NCBI GenBank assembly: GCA_963836185.1
Contig: CAWIIQ010000001.1
Span: 1,248,001-1,312,000 of the forward strand
Length of the DNA stretch: 64,000 bases
Direction of reading: 5' to 3'
Source of the DNA: Candidatus Krumholzibacteriia bacterium
Lineage (GTDB): Bacteria > Krumholzibacteriota > Krumholzibacteriia > Krumholzibacteriales > Krumholzibacteriaceae
The notes beneath the pieces were generated by a model that searched no databases, had not been told where the DNA came from, and was given only the letters and a program-made list of their open reading frames with translations. Shown piece by piece: positions 47,401 through 54,793 of this stretch; the stretch's first letter is position 1; each line of letters starts with the position of its first letter. A program made the position numbers and the translations under genes.

Positions 47401-48517
47401 GTTGCCTTTCACGATACAGGCCGATGTTACAAACGCTCCCAGTGCGGCCGGGATAGATACGACAGGCGCGAGGCTCGAGATAGTCCTGCCTGACGGCGGA
47501 TCGTATACGCTGGCGGCCGGAGAGACTTACCGCAAGACGTTCTTCCCGGGAACGCCCGTGAACTGGAACATGACCGCGCCGGATGCTGCCGAACCTCCGA
47601 GGATAATTACTGTGCAGTTCGCGTCGCCGCCGGCGACAGACGAGAACACGAACGAGCCTGTCGCCTATCTGACCAGCGAGATTCCGATAGGCGTAACGAC
47701 CGAAGCGGGTACGATAACGATGCAGAACGTATCGAACCTCGATACGATCCCTCCGGTCATCGTACCGAGGGGCGCTTCCGACGTGCCGGTCCTGCGTGTG
47801 GTCTTCAAGAACAATTCAGCGTATACGGCAGGGCTGGATACGCTGTTTGTCAGCGTGGAGGACGGCAATGGAAACCTCAGGAGCGATCCTTCGAGGTATG
47901 TGTCGGCAATATCACTGAGCGCCGGCCTGGATAACTGGAGCGAACCGGTGGGCTCGGTGAATCCCGTGCCGGTGATAGTCGATCACAATTTCACGCTTCT
48001 TGCCGGAGCTTCCGACACGGCCCTCGTCTCGATCGACGTATCAACAGCCGCTCCTGACGGAGAGTTGAGGATCAACCTTGCAGAGAGCAGGGATGTCGTC
48101 TTCTCGATCGGCGATGGGGGGAGCCCGATCGGTGTCGTACGTGATGCCAATGGCGAGGACATCGCGGGATTCTTCTACAATACATCGCTTTCGGTGATGA
48201 GCGCGAACTTCGAGGAGTATGTACATAACTACCCGAACCCGTTCATGGCGGGAAGCGAAGTCACAAAGATAGCCTATTTCCTCACGGAAGATACAGCCGT
48301 GAGCATAAAGATATATGACTACACCGGCGTGCTCGTCTGGACGAAGGACATTCCGGCCGGCGGGCCCGGTGGCTCGGGAGAGCCCGGGGGCACATGGTGG
48401 GAAGCTGACTGGGACGGCCGTAACGGCAGGGGCGAGGTAGTAAGGAATGGAGTTTACATCTGCAAGGTGATGGCCGGCGGCGATTCCGCGATGTTCAAGA
48501 TCGCGGTGGCCAAGTAG
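32402..48517 (+). CDS. Giant (5371 aa) surface protein: tandem Big_1/invasin-type Ig domains, CARDB-like Ig domains, FlgD/T9SS-like CTD
   Basis: Uninterrupted ORF; signal peptide ending AAYA|Q; many ADG...VTVTVRD..GNPV.G..V modules; later V.NxGEA modules; C-terminal NYPNPF...IKIYDYTG...WDGRN...RNGVYICKV. Confidence 0.92.
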   Translation: MSGPINKASSGRPAHKPGKRALKGLMLAVCLIPGILFSTAAYAQPGSGTAAILPATDVAAGSSGTWTVTYQAATNFSTGVVRLTIPAGWTTPQISLSSSAGFVTATSQGALNITPISIAGNNITVNVDTLTAGETVTIVYGAPAGPADAQTLTQSGVEFTVGSNPLGSSPSDLTAGSPTLNVVAAPVSKLVFTTAAQTVKAGGESQVMRVMAFDEFDNPSPVVSAQDVSLSSTSGSGTFSHLPAGSWSATTSVTISAGEDTVSFYYRDTFPGAYNITASADGQSWTDAQQTVTVDPGDAASLVISPADTTITAGEFGRYILRTIDIIGNPSAPAADQTITLIAGGGSFYDKDDHGTTLTELVIPSGSSAAEFDFRHTIKNTGAGYFLVFLDNDGVAPLLQSDNTIVYIDNAAADTSASSIETDAATATADGVAEMAVTVTVRDEFGNPVPGVAVVLSMTGTGNVITQPGAVTDASGVASGSVRSTVAEAKNIRATADGTYLEDIILVTFTAGPLDLAVSTIGAVPLTVPANGTDITTVTVTARDAQGNAVPGAAVVLAATGSGNTITQPAVVTDALGTATGTISSTVAGLKTVSATINGSALTPTVDVDFITGTFSLTESEISGDKSLVTADGSDELTVTVTVRDGEGNPVAGAAVTLEATGTGNTITDPGPVTGVDGIATGTISSTVAEQKVVRALIEGSQMVDTLVVDWEHGPLDLAVSTIGAVPLTVPANGTDITTVTVTARDAQGNAVPGAAVVLAATGSGNTITQPAVVTDALGTATGTISSTVAGLKTVSATINGSALTPTVDVDFITGTFSLTESEISGDKSLVTADGSDELTVTVTVRDGEGNPVAGAAVTLEATGTGNTITDPGPVTGVDGIATGTISSTVAEQKVVRALIEGSQMVDTLVVDWEHGPLDLAVSTIGAVPLTVPANGTDITTVTVTARDAQGNAVPGAAVVLAATGSGNTITQPAVVTDALGTATGTISSTVAGLKTVSATINGSALTPTVDVDFITGTFSLTESEISGDKSLVTADGSDELTVTVTVRDGEGNPVAGAAVTLEATGTGNTITDPGPVTGVDGIATGTISSTVAEQKVVRALIEGSQMVDTLVVDWEHGPLDLAVSTIGAVPLTVPANGTDITTVTVTARDAQGNAVPGAAVVLAATGSGNTITQPAVVTDALGTATGTISSTVAGLKTVSATINGSALTPTVDVDFITGTFSLTESEISGDKSLVTADGSDELTVTVTVRDGEGNPVAGAAVTLEATGTGNTITDPGPVTGVDGIATGTISSTVAEQKVVRALIEGSQMVDTLVVDWEHGPLDLAVSTIGAVPLTVPANGTDITTVTVTARDAQGNAVPGAAVVLAATGSGNTITQPAVVTDALGTATGTISSTVAGLKTVSATINGSALTPTVDVDFITGTFSLTESEISGDKSLVTADGSDELTVTVTVRDGEGNPVAGAAVTLEATGTGNTITDPGPVTGVDGIATGTISSTVAEQKVVRALIEGSQMVDTLVVDWEHGPLDLAVSTIGAVPLTVPANGTDITTVTVTARDAQGNAVPGAAVVLAATGSGNTITQPAVVTDALGTATGTISSTVAGLKTVSATINGSALTPTVDVDFITGTFSLTESEISGDKSLVTADGSDELTVTVTVRDGEGNPVAGAAVTLEATGTGNTITDPGPVTGVDGIATGTISSTVAEQKVVRALIEGSQMVDTLVVDWEHGPLDLAVSTIGAVPLTVPANGTDITTVTVTARDAQGNAVPGAAVVLAATGSGNTITQPAVVTDALGTATGTISSTVAGLKTVSATINGSALTPTVDVDFLTGSFDIALSFMDGDKNEVTADDVDALGVTVMVRDQYDNPVVGAAVTLEATGTANTIVQPVGGTDIDGKADGTISSTFAERKVIRARIGTVQITDTLVVDWVPGPVDLDRSQIFSDVDTVTADGSDNCRITVVVRDANDNPIGGASVNLQADDTGGNNTYFQPVDDSNEFGIAVGWISSTYAEIKTVSATINGFTMSGTRDVAFVAGEPDRFVITHDGSGTAGAPEEISIEIFDANDNTVDWFDDIIRVYTDSPEITDMIDWALGPGASGSISESGDTVSYDFSVADNGRVVLGFRDEKAETVYFTARYGSVIDQSVLSMTIAPAQADSIFIIAGNGQRAVVDQAVAQPLTVGVEDAFGNRVPSHAVRFHVTAGAGMIDVDTSSPPDDQEWTVTDGAGVAVCDSWILGTVSGEGSDEASASIPFGSTDEVFFTATTDHDELASVVLAPAVAGVTVNSNLIVTATMRDQFNNLVVGENLTIFIKDAADGTLSEDTGNANATVPLGPGIRSGSSDSTGTVTVQYNSPAAAGLSDIVDASHAVLTADQIADAVYTSVASGATKLIVTDITGQPSQAGTVFSFRVRAVDSNDNLDPTNTSHIVLVPEAGGGLIFSSDIGLVPAITEIDLINGEYLLYAMGTATGDWNIDVIDSPSSLTDAAFTASITANDNVHHYAITAPAVATAGIDFPVSLEARDEWNNLVTTANYDIDLRAVQPVDTAAAAGAALNITAGAISNGRFSEDNLRYDLAEPIRVEIRDDSTSVVGVSGVVDIGHAPAWQIVEVSGDTTGVAAGSLVLLSMRVLDSFGNPVGGETVSFSILEGGGGLGALQGVTGVDGMTSVSYTTGVIAGTNRVRAAILDGNPEGLETREFVIETVPQGAIAYVLLDITGDTFEAGEEFTVHVTAYDLNNNPITTDNSTRLIPVAQTLSVVFNPDTLQLSSGEASFTATDTVMGTNRIFIEELSGVTRGGSSDLTITAGPAYELVKVSGDTTGVISGDTTEVLVRVADMYGNPVQNETVRFLITSNLGGSPSLIDETGAPGDGLVLSAANGTAACRLVTDTNYGTNNVLTTILDGTPERETATFDVETTAGTIQRYTLVPVGTIHTAGESFDVEITGYDLNDNVAEGDFTTVVDLGSDGTAVWAENPVTLNNGRYTVSVSENAAGPLVLHAETQGGGALSNSETIMIVPELPSGDIWIASINPDTITADGMSQSAIETEPVFDIYGNVVPERTLVTVSTTGGSVASEDLDLTEPGVQRETAQNGVVSVFVRSGITPGDYDVDFASVEGSATGDTVLTFAPPPAVAYADSIYPIYAVPGSDLHFSVRMTNTSPTRVLLGAASKISFSDGIGHEFEAELGSSLSLNRLETADLIFTETTMHPMFEPGTYSPRISLIGTDEYGSAYTAGFDAGANSVSVSSIEISSILPLKTVVSRGDTAIVNVNITNTGGAVVRIQEIDLLFASGSYLALPDSTFPELPDTLPAGLSRTYALKTIVLPNCPLGVDTIDAQVTARVNGYEVTDLTADHNVATWTVQSSALISYEAGTLAPMVVSSGQAHSFTLDLLNSGEAAVILDAGLTTLSFNDGTETYAVALASEGALPGGAVSDLIFPETSIPAGMSAGAWEVTVVLSGTENGGEFDTSFVLSDPVTVVSPAAVSYNTSSLSPSTVSKNSSVAFEVGINNTGGADVFLDPAATTFELDDGATTYIAYLDGARNNLLAPGENTIWFEAVTIPPGFITNSYTPVIELSGTENGLPFAAQPPVSDAVSVQDASQLAINSTEILLTDLFTADQTGFRIAQIRVANNGEAEVRLDSLDVRFYIGGSEVTGEYVLSPLPDVAGIQVPGGADTLVRMMFEDGAGPATTGTVTVESSLWGTDLNSMGELEVTTEYGGKGSFTVQTPSVLAVDHVIASVTEATAGQDRDWVVDVIVRNDGESDLDLNLAATALTFSTSGDFTVIPPAELAGGGITLEGESSDTLSFIVDITGSVSGNCSVNMTANGTEINSARNLGPVSADPADAASVDIQGEALLQVVSVTALQDPVTVGQSNEWSIDMVVINGGGSSVTLDLDSFDSTFVAVDGGIGFAFTRPTEILEGGLSLEAGETGTLRFIVNTTGSVPAGATALSGSIIGTEDNSGSRVYDGITGPVGINSMLFEERPVPQYTLDSLTPTVASTGSDIGIQLGIFSDDPDHATIILDRDRTVVWFGDADGDTFRTDLSAVSPVTLAGGSDTTLTFNSAPVSVDLERIAYIVGIHLEGTENGNPFTADITTSPDTIEIEEASQLAISSIVVPQSVTAIEQPDWEVRMIIRNTGEASVRLVLDSDLTDISFTMAGVGDRTYEYEPIVRPMELSGLGGVVLPGGQTDTLVFGITTTGSTTGTALVNGIVTAVDINSSEILTDDTYTGGGSYMAIQSPAAPVVLETIASQDSVTSGQTTPWNVTVLVRNDGEAAMTLQPGITSIYASPYTLTVPVPPASFVEGGTVLAAGEEGHLAFGITPTPSVPAGDDLTINTIAIFSEDNSGISRMFDTGAEGSGYGSVRVQAPADIHIVALTGNAPRQPFVNMDQSFPLAVEIINSGEAAAELVSTDLTGDGTSIILNSPVTFGTIAGGETLIDTFRVTAADVAGSEDFTSSIISATDVNSGQDDLVTVSSGDDTTETMTIQEPAGLAVTSVQTSQDELNAGQTADWTIRLNLTNNGDAPTTIDVPSPDDMEFLDSGSGFPLSGYLVVPPVDFGSGTPGWTLDGGETDSLIYIVSTTGTDTGIVDINADVSWVDENDPGAGASISSGNATVHVHEPSGLRIISVTSNAPNNTLIPNTSIVNEGQIFNVTVTVENTGGDDLRDIVMSITSNGPASITETVSTPDLPNETSGDFVYEVYSPAAGVEILTAEITEAYSVNTGEPVSPIQAVESAENLQVQVPAALVTSTYVLSPAGAVDDTVSTDQQFVFAAMVENTGQAEIDATGQITLSLPAGFTRVNPGTESLTMSFAAGQQITWTLQAPAAASVSPEPVTVSITSTPNDINIASASFVQKDADTVSVMTEDAAVIAGCLAVVSDPSGARDLVLSSNQDFIVTFTAIPSGNSGSNTATITLPAGFTTAGNQTIQLGTGDGTEKTAEWAVTAPGFISTANGISVSTAGTDDNSGISFSGCTHEIYVDIVSRAVLNLTAMISGPPEAVDGNLSVGLPFTIQADVTNAPSAAGIDTTGARLEIVLPDGGSYTLAAGETYRKTFFPGTPVNWNMTAPDAAEPPRIITVQFASPPATDENTNEPVAYLTSEIPIGVTTEAGTITMQNVSNLDTIPPVIVPRGASDVPVLRVVFKNNSAYTAGLDTLFVSVEDGNGNLRSDPSRYVSAISLSAGLDNWSEPVGSVNPVPVIVDHNFTLLAGASDTALVSIDVSTAAPDGELRINLAESRDVVFSIGDGGSPIGVVRDANGEDIAGFFYNTSLSVMSANFEEYVHNYPNPFMAGSEVTKIAYFLTEDTAVSIKIYDYTGVLVWTKDIPAGGPGGSGEPGGTWWEADWDGRNGRGEVVRNGVYICKVMAGGDSAMFKIAVAK
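33934..37867 (+). repeat. Tandem repeat, 606-bp unit, ~6.5 apparently identical copies (202 aa = two Ig domains)
   Basis: Units start CGGTCCTCTGGACCTTGCG at 33934, 34540, 35146, 35752, 36358, 36964 and 37570; translations on both strands are identical between copies. Confidence 0.97.
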
Positions 48518-48527
48518 GTGGAAGAGG

Positions 48528-50418
48528 ATGAAGAGAGTACTTGAAATAACACTGATCATCGCTCTCGGACTCTGTCCTGTCGGCGCTGCCGCACAGGATG
48601 GAGGCGGGGGAACGAGATCGGTCTTTACTCTCGGCGCCGGGTCCCGGGCCATCGCCATGGGCGGAGCTTTCTCCGCAGTGGCCAACGACGCATCAGCGCT
48701 CTACTACAATCCCGCCGCGATGAAGATCAACGGCGCGCCAACTTTAATGGCGAACCATATATCGCTCTTCTCCGGATTCACCGATGCGAGCTACGATTAT
48801 CTTGGACTCGTCTGGCCGACACTTGGAGCCGGGGCATTCGGTGCAGGCCTGCTCACGACTGGAACGGGTGGTATCCAGGGGTATGACGAGTTCAGCAGGC
48901 CTACCGGAGAACTCTCGTACAGGGAGAGCCAGGGGATCGTTTCGTACGCGTTCGATGTCCCATGGAGATTTGCGGGCACCTGGTCGTTGGGGACCTCGAT
49001 AAAGGTCCTCCATCAGAAGGTGGGAGAATATTCCGATACGGGGGCGGGACTCGACCTGGGCCTTCTTTACCGCATCAAGTATATCGAAGGACTCGTTTTC
49101 GGCGTGAACCTCCAGGATATCGTCGGAGCGAGGACAAAGCTCGTTTCGGCGAGCGATGAGGTATATCGCACGATGATGTTCGGTCTCGGTTACATAAGAC
49201 CGATCGGTGAGAGTTCCAGGCTGACCCTGGCGGTACAGATGGATATGCCGGAGAAGGCTGACAACGATCTCAGGGTCGGAGCCGAGTACACGATCCGCGA
49301 CATGATCAGCATCAGGATTGGGTTACGATTCTGAGTCATTTACAGCGGGAATCGGATTCACATGGCACGGGTACGCGTTCGACTACGGGTACTTCAGCAG
49401 GGAAGAGGCGGGAAGTTCGCACCCGATCACGCTGTCGGCCAGGCTGGGCAAACCGCTCGAGCAGCAGATCGCCGAGCAGGATGAGGCAAGAAGGATCGAA
49501 GAGGAGAGAATGCTCAACGATCTCTTCGCGGCTCGTATAGCCTCGCACATCGACGCCGCCGACAGTCTCCGTGGAGCGGGCGAACTGGAGAGCGCCCTCG
49601 ACGAGGTCAAGATAGCGCTCGAGTACGATCCGGGCAGTGAGAGGGCGTTGACTCTGCGCGATGAGATCGGAACGGCGATCCTGGCAGCACAGGCGGAGCG
49701 TGCGAAGGACAGCGAGAAAGAGCTTCTGATAAACCAGCATTTCGAACTTGGATTGAGACATTACAACGCCAACGAATATATCCTCGCGAGGGCCGAATGG
49801 AGGAACGTCCTTGAGATCGATCCTGAAAACGTGGAGGCACTCGGCTACCTGCGCCGGACCGAGGAGAAGCTCGACGAGCAACTCCAGTCACACGTTTCCA
49901 CGGCGGCGGAATACGAGAGGACAGGAAGGCTCCCAGAGGCGATAGGTGAGTGGAATATCGTCAGTATGATCGAACCCGATAATGCCGAGGCTGCCGCCGC
50001 GATCGAGCGGATCAAGCTGCGTATTAACAGCATGAGCAGGGATTACAACGAGGCCAATCGCAAGCTCCAGACGATCGATCTCTACGAGAGAGCGCTAACA
50101 GCGTTCAGCGAGGGCAGGTACGAGGACGCGGTCACGCTCTCGCAGCAGGTGCTCCAGCTCGACCCGGCTCATGAAGGGGCGAAAGATCTGATCAATGGGG
50201 CGCAGCGCAGGATGAGACCTCTCAGCGACGAGGAAAATGAAGAGATAAGGACCCTGTATATCCAGGGCATGACATACTTCGGCCAGAAGGAATATGAGAA
50301 GGCGATCGAAATATATTCGAGGATACTTGAGATCAATCCATATAACGAGAGTGTCAGAAAGCAGGTCGAAGAGGCACGGCAGAGATTGAAGAAACTCGAA
50401 TCACCTGAAGGCGGATAA
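48528..50418 (+). CDS. PorV-family beta-barrel fused to C-terminal TPR domain (frameshift ~49322)
   Basis: GAGSRAIAMGGAFSAVANDASALYYNPAAM; barrel strands continue across the shift (IRIG-YDSESFTAGIG...FDYGY); then multiple TPRs (ALEYDP, VLEIDPEN, ILEINPYN). Confidence 0.85.
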
Positions 50419-53400
50419 GTGAAGCGGGAGCTCCTAAAGGGCAAAGAGACATTCCACCTCGAGATCCCGGCCGATGAGAATAATCTCAGCGATGTCCGGG
50501 ATTTCATCGCCGAGGTCTGTTTTAAAGCCGGTTTCTCCAAGCGTGAGATGAACAATACGAAGCTCGCGATGGATGAGGCCTGCACGAATATCATCAAGCA
50601 CGCCTATCGTGACAAAGCCGGAACCATACGCATCGACGTCGAGGCGGAACCCGGCAAAGTCGAGATGAACATCTTCGACAGGGGAAAACCTTTCGACTGG
50701 TCGAAGGTGAAGGATCCCGACCTGCAGAAATATGTCGAGATCGGCAAGAAGGGCGGCCTCGGCATCTACCTGATGAACAGGTTGATGGACGACCTGGATT
50801 ATCAGACCTCGGAGGACGGAAACCGGCTCTACATGGCAAAGGTCGCGGGCAGCGAAATGTCAGAGCCCCTGTTTCTGTCCATCAAGCCGAAATGGACCGC
50901 GACTCTTCGATTCAAATTTGCGTTCAGGGCGACTCTCGGGCTTCTCGGTCTCGTATTCTTCCTCTGGGCAATACAGTATGTGAACCAGACAAGGGTCGTC
51001 AATTCCCGGACGGACGAGGCCTGGCAGTCGATGAAAAATTATGCCAGGGCGGTCGAGGGAAAGAGCGAGACGGCGATGATCAAGGACGACCTGTTCGATC
51101 CGGAGTACAGGGAACTCACCGATTTCGTGATCGAGAGGGTCGCGAAGCATCCAGCCGTTAGATACACGAAGATCGTCAACAACAGACGGGGTCATCGTCT
51201 CTTCAAGCGATGTGGAAGAGTTCATGATCGGATACCAGATCCCGCCGGGCGCCGTGACGATGGACCAGGGCGGGACGTGGGTGATAAAAAAGGATGAGGA
51301 CGGCGAAGTCACAAGGGAACTGCATTTCCCCATTTTTATAACGCGGGATGAGGCCGAGAATGTAGCGTCACTCGGTCGTGTCGTAGTCGGGGTCTCCGAG
51401 GGCGTGATAATGAACAGTGTCGACGATCCGAGGCTGAAGACAGCCCTGATCCTTATCGGCATATTCATAGTCGGGCTATCCCTGATCTACCTGCTCATCT
51501 CGGTTTTCGTAAAGCCGATACAGGCCCTGACAGACGGAGTAAGGGCGATCGGAGAAGGTGCGCTTCACGACGAGATAAAGATCGACGGGCCGGAGGAGAT
51601 CGGAGAGATCGCCAGGGCCTTCAACGAGATAACGATGAAATTCCGCGACGCACAGCAGAGCGTAGTCGAGCAGGAAAGGATGCAGAAGGAGATGCAGGTC
51701 GCCCAGGAGATCCAGCATTCGCTCCTTCCCGGGAAGGTCCCCGATGTCAGCGGGTATGACATCGCCAGCCTCTACCGCGCGGCCAAGGAAGTCGGAGGAG
51801 ACTATTACGACTTCGTAAGTGTCGATGAGGATACGCTAGGTGTAGTCGTGGCGGATGTGTCAGGCAAGGGCGTACCCGGCTCCCTCGTAATGACGATGAT
51901 CCGTACAGCTCTGAGAATGGAGGCGAGGGGAAGCCATTCTGCCGCAGACGTCATGGCGCGTATGAACGATTTTGTCACCGAGGACATGAAGAAGGGGATG
52001 TTTGTAACGATCTTCTACGTGATCCTCGATTCGAAGAACAGGGTCATCAGCTACGCGAGCGCGGGTCACAATCCCATGGTCCTGTTCCGGGCCGAGACAG
52101 ACGAGACATTTTTCCTCAATCCGCAGAGGGTTCCCTGTCGGCATCAGCCTTCCGGATGAAAGTCTTTTCCGGCGTTCGATAGACGTAGAAAAGATCAAAC
52201 TGAAAAAAGACGACATGCTCGTCATATACACAGATGGTGTGACCGAGGCGATGAACGACGCGAGGGAGCAGTATGGAGAGGATCGTCTGCTCGCCCTGAT
52301 AAAGACTTGCGGCAAGAAGTCACCCGACGAATTCATAGATCTGCTCAACGAGGATATCAGGGAATTCACAGGTGGCTATCCGCAGAACGACGATATCACT
52401 GTCGTTGCCGTGAAAGAAAAGATGATGGCCGACGACGTGCTCTTCGGGATCAGGAAGAAACTGCTCGATCTCGTGGAGGTAGAGGGTCTCACTGTGGCCG
52501 AGGCTTGCCTGCGCATGAAGGTGTCGCCGTCTACATACTACCGGTACAAGAAGCGTATGACCGAGATGGGAGACCGCGGGCTGAAAAACAAGAGCCTGCG
52601 TGAGGAGCACGAGATAAAACGGGTCAGCCTGGAGCAGAGGAAAGGCCTTCTCGAGATAATCAGAAGGGATCCGAAGTTCGGAGCGAAGCGGATAGCGACC
52701 ACATTCAATGAAGACAAGGATGAAGGTGATCTGCTGACACCGTCGTTGATCTATGATGAGCTGAAGAGGATGCGACTGAATACATACGACAAGAGACTCG
52801 AATATCTCAGGCGCAACAGGTTCATCACTGAGGAACAGTTCCAGGCGATGCTGTCCGGTGAGGAAGATCGAGGTCGTCACGGGGGACGGGGTGCCGACAG
52901 TTCCTGTCGATGAAATGCCTGTTCCCGGCGATGAACCCGGTGAGATCATTGAGCCCGCGGCCGTTGTTCCGGCGGAAACCGGACCCGTGGATACCGATGT
53001 GCCCGAGTACCAGCCTGTGACCGTCTCGAAGTTCGATGAGGATGCGGAGGAGGATGATGTAGACAAACTTCTCGCTTCGGTACTCGGAACGGATCAGGGA
53101 GAAGGCGGCCTCGTCGAGGTCCTGACGCAGGATGAAGAGACGGGAATCATCGTCGTAAGGGTAACGGGCCATCTCGATTCGAGTTCGGCTGGAGAACTCG
53201 AAGTGTTCCTCGAGAGTGTATACGAATACGGATTCTCCAAGATCGTAATGGATCTTGGAAGCGTACCTTATATCAGCAGCGGCGGATGGGGCATCTTCAC
53301 CGGACGTGTGAAGATGCTGAGGGAGAAAGAGGGCGACGTCGTTCTTGCGGGCATGTCTCCCGAGGTGTTCGATATCTACGAGCTTCTCGGTTTTCAGGAT

Positions 53401-54793
53401 ATCATCATGCATTTCCGCAACGTCGACGAAGCAGTCGATTTCATATCTCTTCCGTTCGATGTCAGGCAGGAAAGGCTCGAGCTCGTTTCCGGCAATGTCT
53501 CGGAAGGCAAGCGTCTCGAGCAGAGGATAAGCGCTGTCTCCAGGGAAGAGGAAGAGGCGGAGGAGGAAGGGGCAGTTCCGTGGTCGCCGCTGAGGATCGA
53601 AGCGGGGACGGTCGGGCAGTCTGGCGAGATCACGATACTCAATCTGATCGGGGTCATAGATACGGTCAGCTGCATGAAGCTCCGGGACATCCTGGAGAAC
53701 CTCATCGCAAAGGGTGTGAACGAAATTCGTGGTGGATATGTCCCTGGTCGAATATGTCAGCAGCGCGGGATGGGGAGTGTTCGCATCGAGGATAGATGAT
53801 GTGAGACGTGCCGAGGGTGATATAAAGATATTCGGGATGGATCCCGAAGTAGACAGCATCTTCCATCTGCTCGGATTCGATGTGATCATGCGCTCGTTCA
53901 GCATCCTGTCGGAGGCGATCGACGATTTCGAACGGAAACCGGCTCTTGCCAGCGTCGACTGTGCCGGCCACATCGACTATTGCCGTCCCGGCTAGACAAG
54001 CCGGCATCAGCTGCCGTGGACCGATGAAGAGACCGTGCAGGAGGCCGTTGCGGAAGCACCGGAGGCTGATACCAGGCAGACAGGCCCGGATATGAGCAGG
54101 CTGGAGTTCGAGGTTGTCGCAAGGAGGTCGCCCGACGGGAGATCGATGGTGCTCGATATCTCCGGGGCGATAGACGCCGCTACATCGGCTGTCTTTCGAG
54201 GACAGGCTGGAGATCGCGATCGAGGACAGCCCAGGTTCCTTGTGCTCGATCTTTCCGGAGTGATATATATAAGCAGCAGCGGCTGGGGAGTCATCGTCAA
54301 GTACATGCAGAAGACAGGGGAGCTGGGGCGGTAAGATGGCGCTTTCAGGGATGAATCAGCCGATATTCAAGATATTCAGGGACCTTGGGTTCGAGCCGCT
54401 GATACCGCACTTCATGAGCAGTGGAGCGGCTCTGGCCGAACTCTCCGCACCGGCCGCCGAATCGATCGATAGAGGAACCGGCCGCCAGGAAGTCGAGAGT
54501 CCGCCTCCCGCTGAAGAGGTCGTGAAGGAAGAGCCGGCGCAGAGTGGACGCGTTCCGGTCCGACCCGCTTCCCGAGAAGTCAGCGGGTCCCGAGCTGGAG
54601 AAAACCGGCGTCGAGCCGATAGAGCCGGCGGAAAGGGAGCAGGTCGAGACCACTCGACGTCAAACTCGACCTTTCTGAGAAGGCCGGAGAGGCTGAAGGT
54701 AAGGACGGGAAGATTCGCAAGATGGGATGGGGCGAGTACGGCAGGAAGCTTTTCGAGCGGAACAGCAAGAGGGACGGGAGGAAGAAGAAATGA
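50419..54793 (+). CDS. Multidomain membrane signalling protein: RsbW-like kinase, TM/periplasmic/HAMP, SpoIIE/PP2C phosphatase, HTH, three STAS domains (about seven frameshifts)
   Basis: DEACTNIIKHAY, DRGKPFD, GGLGIYLM; two TMs and HAMP (EEIGEIARAFN); VGGDYYD, ADVSGKG, SAGHNP, YTDGVTEA, DDIT; HTH; three YxSSxGWG STAS motifs; final frame ends RKKK* overlapping the ParA ATG. Confidence 0.75.

Noticed and set aside
52440-52830. IS481/IS630 element
   Set aside because: Only the HTH region is present, in frame with PP2C; no DDE domain, terminal repeats or target duplication.
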